Position numbers and translations under genes: made by a program. The notes under the pieces were generated by a model that saw nothing but the letters and a program-made list of their open reading frames with translations, did not search any database and was not told the DNA's origin. From an uncultured virus (IMG/VR IMGVR_UViG_3300026125_000001) (Duplodnaviria > Heunggongvirae > Uroviricota > Caudoviricetes), in IMG/VR virus record IMGVR_UViG_3300026125_000001: 64,000 bases of DNA; one strand, given 5' to 3'. Positions 55,902-64,000 of this stretch are shown here, in pieces (positions within the stretch are counted from its first letter, which is position 1; every line of letters starts with the position of its first letter).

Positions 55902-57497
55902 TTAACCTCCTACTAGTTCGCTGAACTCAACGCCAGTACGAGTAGCGATGAAGTTAAGAGTAATGAAGTTGATTGAACGCGCAGGTTTGACATAGATGTC
56001 AGCCACAAAGCGGTTGGTATCAATAACTTCTGGTGTATTGTTAGTCTCATCGCACACAACTTTAAAGTCGTACATGCCTCGGCGACCTTTGATGTCGCGT
56101 AGGTATGGCTCAACCAATGCTACGAACTGACCGCGAGTGAATTCGTCGTTTAGTTCGAATAGAGTTGATTTAGCAGCAGTAGAGATTGCTTTTTCGATTG
56201 TATTGAATAGGCGACGAACGTTGATACGGTCAAACGCAGAAGCGCGAGTAAGAGAAGTCTTATCTCCGTATAGAACGATACCTTCACCTGGGAAAGATAC
56301 GATTGGGTTAACACGTTTCTTGTACAGGCTATCGCGAGCAGCATTGTCAGGATTGAAAGCAATCTTAACAACAGTGTTTAGGCGACCACGGTTAAAGCCA
56401 GCTGGAGAGAACCATGGGTCAGCAACTTCGTCTGTACGAGCACATAGACCAGCAATGTGACCAGAAGCTGGAATCCAACGGTAGTCATCATTGTACTTGT
56501 CGTAAACGTACAAAGCGGTTGAGTCCATTACACCGTAAGAAGATGAATCAACTTCGTTAGCCCAAGAAAGGACATTTGCCAAAGCAGTAGAAGAAGAAAC
56601 GCCAACAGTTTCGGCGGTTGGAGGAGAAACAAATGCCACAGCGTCCTTACGGAATTCTGCAACAGCGATAACAGTATCAGCATCAGCAGCGTCAAAATCA
56701 CCACCAATGATTAGGTTACATTCATACACTTCAACATCTTTGAACACTTCGTAAGCAGCAGCAAGATCGTTAGAACCGCCCGCAGCACCGTCAGCGCCAT
56801 GATTAAGAGTTGTCTCACCAGAAGCCAAGCTTGCGTTCACATAAACGTAGCTTGATCTTTCGTTGATAACATATACGAAGTAATTGTTTGTTCCGTCTGC
56901 TAGTTTATCACCTTTGGTATCGCCCAAGAAAGCATAAGTTTCTAGGACAGAGCCCGCAGTTCCGGTAAATTCGCCGCCAGCATCGATAACAGCAACGTGC
57001 ATTTCGCCAGCGCCAGGAGCACCGTCAAAGCGAGAAGCTACTGTTTTCTGAAGGGCAGTGCCAGCTTCGTAAGTGGTGAAGTTTGTTGAATCGAGTACGT
57101 GAACAGCAATGCTATTACCAAGAACGCCTTGGTAGCGAGCAGTTACAGTATCAGTGAAAACTACGCCTTCAGCAGACTTTTCGTTAGGGTATTCTGCGCC
57201 AGCAGCACCGCTTGTAGCGTTGTATGCAGGCGTACCAGTGTCAGCAGTGTAACGGACAACGCGAAGATCAGAACCGTATTTTAGGAACTGAGCAGCGTTT
57301 AGGAAATCTTTATACATGGAGTCGGTCGGAGTACCGAATAGAGCAGCAAGTTGTTTTTCATTTGAAACTTGCGTCGGTACAAAAGCCGGACCCCAACGAA
57401 AGTTACCAGCGATCGCACCGATAGATGTCGATACCGCAGGCACTACGTTAGTGAGGTCAATTTCCTTAACCTCAATGCCAGGAGATACTAATGCCAT
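55902..57497 (-). CDS. 18: Tail sheath protein gp18
   Basis: SPGIEVKE.D, WFSPAG.NRG, FDRINVRRLF. Confidence 0.97.
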   Translation of the reverse strand: MALVSPGIEVKEIDLTNVVPAVSTSIGAIAGNFRWGPAFVPTQVSNEKQLAALFGTPTDSMYKDFLNAAQFLKYGSDLRVVRYTADTGTPAYNATSGAAGAEYPNEKSAEGVVFTDTVTARYQGVLGNSIAVHVLDSTNFTTYEAGTALQKTVASRFDGAPGAGEMHVAVIDAGGEFTGTAGSVLETYAFLGDTKGDKLADGTNNYFVYVINERSSYVYVNASLASGETTLNHGADGAAGGSNDLAAAYEVFKDVEVYECNLIIGGDFDAADADTVIAVAEFRKDAVAFVSPPTAETVGVSSSTALANVLSWANEVDSSSYGVMDSTALYVYDKYNDDYRWIPASGHIAGLCARTDEVADPWFSPAGFNRGRLNTVVKIAFNPDNAARDSLYKKRVNPIVSFPGEGIVLYGDKTSLTRASAFDRINVRRLFNTIEKAISTAAKSTLFELNDEFTRGQFVALVEPYLRDIKGRRGMYDFKVVCDETNNTPEVIDTNRFVADIYVKPARSINFITLNFIATRTGVEFSELVGG

Positions 57498-57557
57498 TTG
57501 TTTTTCCTCATGGAGTTAATAAGAGATTCATAACAAGTAAATTTTATCAATTACAAT

Positions 57558-57565
57558 TATTTATA
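57558..57565 (-). promoter_or_regulatory. Late promoter for gp18
   Basis: Exact TATAAATA. Confidence 0.8.
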
Positions 57566-57568
57566 AAT

Positions 57569-59185
57569 TTACCAATCTCTGGAGCTTTTTATAGTCCCGT
57601 CCCACATTTGTTCTTCAAATGATTGGATCGGTTCTTCGTATGAGTCGCCGCCTATAACGCCAAAGGGAACAACATCATCTTCAATCATACGGATATTCTC
57701 TGCGTGGATCATATCACGGATGTTGATATCAGTTAAGTTTAGGAAATAAGGAGTGGTTGCGAAATATCCAAACATCACCAAGTTCATAACCAAATCGTCG
57801 TGGTTTCCTGGAGTCGCCTCGTAGGAAGAACCTCTTGCCTCAAATTGAGATAATTCTATTATAGTCTCTGCGTCGACAATAGTCAACTTATCTTCTTCAA
57901 TTAAGTCTTTTAGATTGGAGCAGCCGATGCGCTTGACCTTCTTGGTCATGTTAACACCAAGGGCATTTGCCTTTACTGCCGACTCTACGAATACGTTTTC
58001 ATACTCAAGTTCATAGTAGAGTCCGTTACAAACAACAGAGCCTTGGTCATTAGATTCGATTATGACATAAGCATCGTTGTAGGTTTTGGCGTACTTGTAT
58101 ATATGGTCAGGGAATAACAAAGGCGATATAAGGTTATCTCTGAAAGTCGCCACCTGTTTAAAAGGTCTACTTGTTATATCAATAATATTGAATGTAGAAT
58201 AGTCTTGCCCTCGCCCTTTGGCCACGTCGACAAACATCATATAATTGTGCTCGGGGTTTGGCTTTTCGTACACGCAAACTGAGCCTTGACGATAAACAGG
58301 ATTATCAGCCTTTAGGGATAATAGTTTGTCGCCTGAGATTAGCGTGTTACCAGCGCCCAAGAAAGAGTTACCGAACTCCTGCATAAACTGCAGTTCTGAC
58401 GTGTTCTCGATTGTCTGTTTCTTCCATTCTTCATCTCGCCCAGGAACGTCCCACCAGTCTACGCGGAATGGTTTGTAAGAGTTAGTACCCTGAACTGCGC
58501 CCTCGTATATCTTGTGGAATGTGTTGCCCAAACCATTGGCGGTAGAAGTAACAATTACCCTTGAAGACTTACCAGAAGATACAACAGGGTAGGTTGAGGT
58601 GTAGAACTCAACGTCATTCTCAACGAACGCAAACTCGTCTAGGAACAGTAGGTTAATAGACAAACCACGAATAGAAGAACCTGACGTAGCAGCCGCTAAT
58701 ATCTTCGAGTTGTTGCTGAACTCAATAGAACCTTTGTTGAGCGACTTACATCCTGGCTGTAGAAAGAAAGGTAAGTTCTCGAGCATCAACGTGATGCGCG
58801 AAAGCATCTCCCTAGCAGTTGCGCCTTTGTTCGCAAGGATAGCGATATTCTTTTCAGAATGGAATAATGCGTACCAAAGTAGATAAGCACAAGAACTGAT
58901 AGACTTACCAGATTGTCGACAAGCCAAAACGATACTAAATCTGTTGGAATTAAAATGGTCAAACATCCTCTCTTGATAAGGGTAAAGGTTAAAGGGGACC
59001 AAACCCTTATCTAGATGTATTACTTTTAGATATGTGCGCGCGAAGTAAGCGGGATCCTTCATACACTTAGCGTATTCAGTAATCTCTTCTTTGGTAAAGT
59101 TTGTTACAACGCCATCGCGCTTTACATGAGGGTTGCCGAGATAGTGGTGCTCTCTTGGTGGAACATTAGTCGGTATCTGGCTCAA
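57569..59185 (-). CDS. 17: Terminase large subunit gp17
   Basis: RQSGKS, LDEFAF, DVAKGRGQDYS, HDDLVM. Confidence 0.97.
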   Translation of the reverse strand: MSQIPTNVPPREHHYLGNPHVKRDGVVTNFTKEEITEYAKCMKDPAYFARTYLKVIHLDKGLVPFNLYPYQERMFDHFNSNRFSIVLACRQSGKSISSCAYLLWYALFHSEKNIAILANKGATAREMLSRITLMLENLPFFLQPGCKSLNKGSIEFSNNSKILAAATSGSSIRGLSINLLFLDEFAFVENDVEFYTSTYPVVSSGKSSRVIVTSTANGLGNTFHKIYEGAVQGTNSYKPFRVDWWDVPGRDEEWKKQTIENTSELQFMQEFGNSFLGAGNTLISGDKLLSLKADNPVYRQGSVCVYEKPNPEHNYMMFVDVAKGRGQDYSTFNIIDITSRPFKQVATFRDNLISPLLFPDHIYKYAKTYNDAYVIIESNDQGSVVCNGLYYELEYENVFVESAVKANALGVNMTKKVKRIGCSNLKDLIEEDKLTIVDAETIIELSQFEARGSSYEATPGNHDDLVMNLVMFGYFATTPYFLNLTDINIRDMIHAENIRMIEDDVVPFGVIGGDSYEEPIQSFEEQMWDGTIKSSRDW

Positions 59186-59510
59186 CTTTTACGTCCTTCA
59201 TCTTATTAGCTAACATCTTTTGTAGATCTGTCGTAGAACCAACAAAAAGGTTGTTATTTGTCACTGGAGCATTTAGAGAAGGGGATGCCTTCTCTTCTTT
59301 TTCAATATCTTTCTTTTTCTTTTGAAGGTCCATCAATTTATCAGTTATGTCTGCGTTTTGCTTAAGCATACCAGCCAATACTTCGAACGCACGCGGGTGC
59401 TCGCTCTCGCGTGCGAGCTCCATCATCATTTCAATCGCCTCTTGCCCTTGTTCCGCCAATCTGTAGTATTGGCTTCGGGCGTATCCGTAATCATCATCAA
59501 TATCAGACAT
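59166..59510 (-). CDS. 16: Terminase small subunit gp16
   Basis: SEHPRAFEV, FVGSTTDLQ. Confidence 0.9.
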   Translation of the reverse strand: MSDIDDDYGYARSQYYRLAEQGQEAIEMMMELARESEHPRAFEVLAGMLKQNADITDKLMDLQKKKKDIEKEEKASPSLNAPVTNNNLFVGSTTDLQKMLANKMKDVKVEPDTD

Positions 59511-59511
59511 G

Positions 59512-60483
59512 TTAAGACACCGTGTACTCGTTTATAACAAAGGTTTGACCGCTAGTGCTTCCGGTTAAGGTTTCACCAACTGTAAAATATCCATCAAGAT
59601 TATTTATAACCACAGTTGTTTCGTCGGCTTGCTCATCGTAGGTTATAGATTCTATTCTACCGCCAACCGCACTATCCGCTCCGATTACAACCTCATTATC
59701 CGTTACGCCAACGGTTCCTGATACCACAGCAGATATAAAGTTCTCTGGAGCGATATAGTTAAAGGTCTTGACGACCGAGTAATCGTCAGATGAAGATGAC
59801 GATATTGGATCTACGACTTGACTGACACCTTGTAGGTATGAGTCGATGTTTTTACGGTAGTTGACCAAAGTGTCTTTAATAATTTTAGATTTTACTACCT
59901 GACCGAAGAAGTGCACTCTCATAGTAAAATCTAGGGTGTACATGATCACACGCCTAGTTTGGAAGTCGCTTTCATAGTCGTCATTGATTGTGACACTTTG
60001 AAGCGTGATCGGAACGTCAAAAGAATTTTCTACACCGTCAATCAACTTAGCAGATACTGAGTAAGTCGGTTCAAAGGTCGGTAGAATTTGTTCTAATATT
60101 TGTAGAGCGTCATCCTGACTTTTCGCCAAGATGTTAAGTTGCATCCCTATAATGTAAGGAACGTTACCTATGGTGTCTGCTTCTTCGCCGTCATCAGATA
60201 GGCGCAAACGTTGAACCTTGCTGGTCTTTATTTGATTGTTATACTCAACGCTAGTAATCTCGAAAGACATACGAGGTAGCTTGATTGCTACCTTCTGGTC
60301 GGTTAAATCAGCCTGTTGGTCTATACGGGCAAGGAACTTTTGTTTCGGTCCATAAGCAAGGGGGACGCTAGTGATAATAGATTCAGAACCGCTTTTCCGC
60401 ATTATATTGATGTTATTGAATACAGTTCCGAATATAGAAACACTCTTTCGCAAAATACCGTGGTAAAAATGAGACCCAAACAT
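59512..60483 (-). CDS. 15: Tail sheath stabiliser gp15
   Basis: FG.VFN.I, VPLAYGPKQKF, LPRMSFE, QILEQILP.F. Confidence 0.92.
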   Translation of the reverse strand: MFGSHFYHGILRKSVSIFGTVFNNINIMRKSGSESIITSVPLAYGPKQKFLARIDQQADLTDQKVAIKLPRMSFEITSVEYNNQIKTSKVQRLRLSDDGEEADTIGNVPYIIGMQLNILAKSQDDALQILEQILPTFEPTYSVSAKLIDGVENSFDVPITLQSVTINDDYESDFQTRRVIMYTLDFTMRVHFFGQVVKSKIIKDTLVNYRKNIDSYLQGVSQVVDPISSSSSDDYSVVKTFNYIAPENFISAVVSGTVGVTDNEVVIGADSAVGGRIESITYDEQADETTVVINNLDGYFTVGETLTGSTSGQTFVINEYTVS

Positions 60484-61385
60484 TAGAATCCTCCTGGCTC
60501 ACCGAATGGATTTGCTTCAGAGAAATCCAAAATTTCATTAGCTTCTCTCTCAAATGTATCGTTGGCAGCATAAGTTGATTCAGCGCCTGAACCGTCAACA
60601 CTTCCTAGTTGATTAAACGATACGAGAGTACAAATATTGTTACCGACAGTAATATTCTGCCCCTTCAAGAACTCATGGTAGAGCCCGTCCGAAGTCTTAA
60701 CATTAATGACGTTAATTGTAGCGCCACCGCTGATTATATCGCTGCGAGAAACTACCTCAGCTGTAATATCTACATCGCTTATAGTTTGAGATACAGTATC
60801 GCCAAGGTTGATTGTAGCGCCTTCGATTAGACCCGATAGGGTTAGTTTTAGACGGGTGTTAAATACCGTTTCGACCGCATCAATGTCATTAATACCAGTT
60901 TTGAAAGTTTCTTCGCCAAACTCAAACATAGAACACTGAAGCTTGTATGTAGGCAAATTACTGAGTTGGTAGAAAGGCGATTCATGCTCAACATGATCAA
61001 TCTGAAACATTGACTTTGACAGGGGCAAGTAAATCAAATCGCCTTCATTTGGACGGATCTGTTCAGATTCCCACTGACCTACTGCCTGTTCCCAACGTCT
61101 ACGTGAAACAATAAAGGTTGCCTGATCTCGAATTTCCAGACCGAATTTAGAAAGTAGATTTCCTTCGCCTTCAAACCCTTCGGTATTTTCGATATAAGAC
61201 TCTATGATGTATGCGTCGTCAAACTGAGACTCAACCGCCTCTCCGAACACATAATCCCGTTCAACTATATTCCTCGGAAGGTAATAAACGTCTTGGCCAT
61301 ATATCTTCAAAGATTCTATTATTAGATCTTCGTAGAGGTTTTGTTCAGAGACAACCTTTTGTGAGATGTAAACGCTAGTTGCCAT
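60483..61385 (-). CDS. 14: Neck protein gp14
   Basis: ESLKIYGQDVYYLPR, SKFGLEIRD, RPNEGDLIY. Confidence 0.92.
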   Translation of the reverse strand: MATSVYISQKVVSEQNLYEDLIIESLKIYGQDVYYLPRNIVERDYVFGEAVESQFDDAYIIESYIENTEGFEGEGNLLSKFGLEIRDQATFIVSRRRWEQAVGQWESEQIRPNEGDLIYLPLSKSMFQIDHVEHESPFYQLSNLPTYKLQCSMFEFGEETFKTGINDIDAVETVFNTRLKLTLSGLIEGATINLGDTVSQTISDVDITAEVVSRSDIISGGATINVINVKTSDGLYHEFLKGQNITVGNNICTLVSFNQLGSVDGSGAESTYAANDTFEREANEILDFSEANPFGEPGGF

Positions 61386-61389
61386 TGTA

Positions 61390-62160
61390 TTATCCTATCA
61401 TGAAGTCAGCTGGCATTTCGTAGCGTAGCTGCATCTCTTCTTCGATCTTATCGATTTCTAAATTGGCATCATCGAACATTTGACGTCCATTAAACGTTAC
61501 GCCACCTGGAAGCAACATGCCGTCAAATTTCATCATGTTCGTGCCCCACTGACGTTTGATCAATGCAGTCGCATAACGTTTAAGGAACATATCGTTGTAA
61601 ACGTCAGTAAACGTTTCTGGGTCTACAACTTTACTTCCCTCAACAATAATCCAATCGCCTTCTTTGAGGTCAGTTTCCCAATCGAGGTATAGGTTAATCC
61701 TGTCCATATGGCGGTTGAATACGGTATTGGTTGTCCCATTACCGAAAGTCATATTGAGCATTTCAATATAACTTTTTGTCATTGTGTATGATGTCAAATC
61801 CATCCAAATACCACCACCGTTGCGGAGTAGGTATGCGTCGGATAACATCATTTGGTATTGGACATTGAACATACCGCTACCCATACCAACGCCGCCTGCT
61901 GTAGTGTTGATAGGCATTACTCGTTTAACAACTTGAAGTTCTTCCGGAACGGTAATGTATTTGTTGGCGATATCCTCAGCCGTCATCTGATATTTGAAAT
62001 ACGTATTTACGATAGCATCAGAGTGATATTCTTGATAGAATTGTAGAGCTTCGTCTATACGATCTTCAATTTGGTCTTCGTCTACGTTTATTTCTACAAC
62101 TGGTGCGCCCAGTTTTCGTAGACAAAAATCAATTAAGTCTTGTCTTGATGCTATAGCCAT
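61390..62160 (-). CDS. 13: Neck protein gp13
   Basis: LRKLGAPVVEINV, KRQWG, LPGGV..NG. Confidence 0.92.
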   Translation of the reverse strand: MAIASRQDLIDFCLRKLGAPVVEINVDEDQIEDRIDEALQFYQEYHSDAIVNTYFKYQMTAEDIANKYITVPEELQVVKRVMPINTTAGGVGMGSGMFNVQYQMMLSDAYLLRNGGGIWMDLTSYTMTKSYIEMLNMTFGNGTTNTVFNRHMDRINLYLDWETDLKEGDWIIVEGSKVVDPETFTDVYNDMFLKRYATALIKRQWGTNMMKFDGMLLPGGVTFNGRQMFDDANLEIDKIEEEMQLRYEMPADFMIG

Positions 62161-62187
62161 GTTGGTACCTGTTATGATAGTTTACTA

Positions 62188-62195
62188 TATTTATA
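62188..62195 (-). promoter_or_regulatory. Late promoter for gp13
   Basis: Exact TATAAATA. Confidence 0.8.
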
Positions 62196-62196
62196 A

Positions 62197-62841
62197 TCAG
62201 AAATAAACCACGTTACACTCAAGTTCTGTATCGTACGCATAATGGCACTGCAGAGTAATCCTGAACTGATCCGGTCCATCAACCTGAGTCCTACCAACCC
62301 TATGGACAACATGACCACTCCATTCACTTAGTTTGTAATATTCGTAATGATATTGCTTTATTTCATCGCCATCATAATAGTCCAACCAAGTACCGTTTGT
62401 TGGTTTCTCGATTATTAGGTTTGCCGACCTTATAGTACTCGCGTCAATAGTCGGTCTATATTCTATTATACTTGTATCGGTGTGGAAACCAGGAATATAA
62501 TTTATTGGTAGATTTATTACATGAAATCCAGGACATGATAGAACAGGGTCTATTATGGTCTTTATTCCGCTGCGCTCTTCTATACTACTAAGGATTCTGT
62601 CATATATCCACCCAAACTTTTCAATCATCCTATTCTTTAAATCATAATCCGTTTGTGCGTGATTTTCGTGGTGGTATAATGCCCAACCAAGATGACAGAA
62701 TCCTTCTTTATGAATGCCGTAAGCGGCATGTAGTTCTGGGCTAATTTGTTTCCATTCATTACGAAACGATAATACATCTTCCCTTATTTTGAGGCGTTCT
62801 TCCTCAGTAATAAAGTCTTCAATCACATTTATCAAATTCAT
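62197..62841 (-). CDS. 2OG-Fe(II) oxygenase-like protein
   Basis: PGFHV, HTD, H (VVHRV), RITLQCH. Confidence 0.7.
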   Translation of the reverse strand: MNLINVIEDFITEEERLKIREDVLSFRNEWKQISPELHAAYGIHKEGFCHLGWALYHHENHAQTDYDLKNRMIEKFGWIYDRILSSIEERSGIKTIIDPVLSCPGFHVINLPINYIPGFHTDTSIIEYRPTIDASTIRSANLIIEKPTNGTWLDYYDGDEIKQYHYEYYKLSEWSGHVVHRVGRTQVDGPDQFRITLQCHYAYDTELECNVVYF

Positions 62842-63998
62842 TTTAAATCCGTTGTTATGTCGTTAACGAGTCTATCCACAAGCTCAATTGGGTCAACCCC
62901 TTTTATTTCCGTTACCGCAAATCCACCATACCTATATAACGGATCGAAAGTACCATCGGTAATCCTAGGTCTGGAGAAAACTACCCTATCTTTATACATA
63001 TTAATAGAAGCAAAGTCAAAGACGTTAGCATCAAATGTTATCTCAAAATAAGCGTTGGATGGTCTGTTTATGTAATTTGTGTTTATTTCATAAACACTGC
63101 TTCTACTAACGTGATTTGGCGACGCCCGACCTAACCTAACAACCTTAACCATTTCATCTCTTGAGTCTTCTGTATACGCTACGATGTTATCACCCAGCGC
63201 AAAGTGGTTGAAGTATCGTACCGCATTGCCTGTAGATATAGATATTTCATAATCTGGCGCTGTCTTAATACCAGAATCTGTAGCATAAAAAAGAAGTGAC
63301 CAATTCCTTGGCGTGGTAGCTCCATTTCCTCTGTAACAAGAAGTAGCTATCAAACCGTTCTTAAAGTCTAATTTCCACCCAAACTTTTGATTTGGATTCG
63401 AAATGTCGGTGGTGTCTCCCAGAGATGCAGGCGGAGTTATCTTATGCATAAGCCTTTGGTCAGGGTTGCCAGTAGTCCCGACCTGATATGATATACTGTA
63501 AATGTATATTGCCTCGCTGGCATTATCAGCTTCATTGAAAGCGGACATACCAATCGCGATACAACCCCCGTCTATCTTAAACCCCCGATAAGGATCTTCA
63601 AGGTTAGCGCCAACTTGAAGTGTTGGTTTTCTGATACTAATGTAAGGACCGACGTCGTCATTGGCGTATTGAACGTTAGCGGATTCGTTCGAATCCGGTG
63701 AAGGGAATCTAAACCATCCCATAAAGGAATTAGCGCCACCAATAGCCTGATCCCATACAGGGGAGTATAAGTTCCAACTACCATTAATATATGCGACATC
63801 AACAGCACAGCCAATCAAATAATTTGGTGCGGTGTTAGATGCTTTAAACGTTTCCACAAGGTTTCCGTCCCAATCATAGTATTTTACGCAACCTTGATAA
63901 ATATTTACACTGGATGAGTACCAACCTGGAACTCCGACGGCAATACCTTCTCTAAACAGCTTTATTGAATACCCAAAAAATGGCGCATCAGCGTAGCC
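62838..63998 (-). CDS. FG-GAP-like beta-propeller (tail/receptor-binding) protein, 5' end beyond window
   Basis: Frame stays open to the edge: FFGYSI..IAVGVPG..G.VKYYDWDG. Confidence 0.55.
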   Translation of the reverse strand, partial: GYADAPFFGYSIKLFREGIAVGVPGWYSSSVNIYQGCVKYYDWDGNLVETFKASNTAPNYLIGCAVDVAYINGSWNLYSPVWDQAIGGANSFMGWFRFPSPDSNESANVQYANDDVGPYISIRKPTLQVGANLEDPYRGFKIDGGCIAIGMSAFNEADNASEAIYIYSISYQVGTTGNPDQRLMHKITPPASLGDTTDISNPNQKFGWKLDFKNGLIATSCYRGNGATTPRNWSLLFYATDSGIKTAPDYEISISTGNAVRYFNHFALGDNIVAYTEDSRDEMVKVVRLGRASPNHVSRSSVYEINTNYINRPSNAYFEITFDANVFDFASINMYKDRVVFSRPRITDGTFDPLYRYGGFAVTEIKGVDPIELVDRLVNDITTDLK

Positions 63999-64000
63999 CG

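Overview
A 64 kb segment of a T4-like (gp23-type capsid, contractile tail) phage genome. The host cannot be assigned from sequence; ThyX, Hsp20, peroxiredoxin and CobS/CobT suggest an aquatic proteobacterial-type phage. Nearly all genes are on the minus strand. Contents: neck/terminase/tail/head genes (gp13-gp23, gp3) with a ~9 kb accessory fibre-like insert after the portal gene; uvsY/uvsW, gp55, gp47/46, clamp and clamp loader, five tRNAs, regA, gp43, ligase, uvsX, gp41 and thyX; and a late cluster of probable capsid-packaged proteins. Regulation is clearly readable: 13 minus-strand TTTACT-N17-TATAAT-type early promoters, 13 TATAAATA late promoters and several hairpin terminators. The main candidate system is a post-replicative thymine hypermodification operon (9.6-16.9 kb): TET/JBP-like dioxygenase, class II glutamine amidotransferase, amidoligase, GNAT, amino acid:DNA transferase and 5hmU-DNA kinase. 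Three of these enzymes end in the same clamp-binding-like peptide as the DNA polymerase. A separate signal fits it: three early genes share a leader sequence and almost completely avoid TG and TC[C/G/T] on the coding strand. Other observations include a ROSE-like thermometer on hsp20, an HNH cassette carrying a rescue promoter, an A54:U58-swapped tRNA and a pseudoknot in the tRNA leader. All calls come from motif recognition and hand counting; no database search was run.
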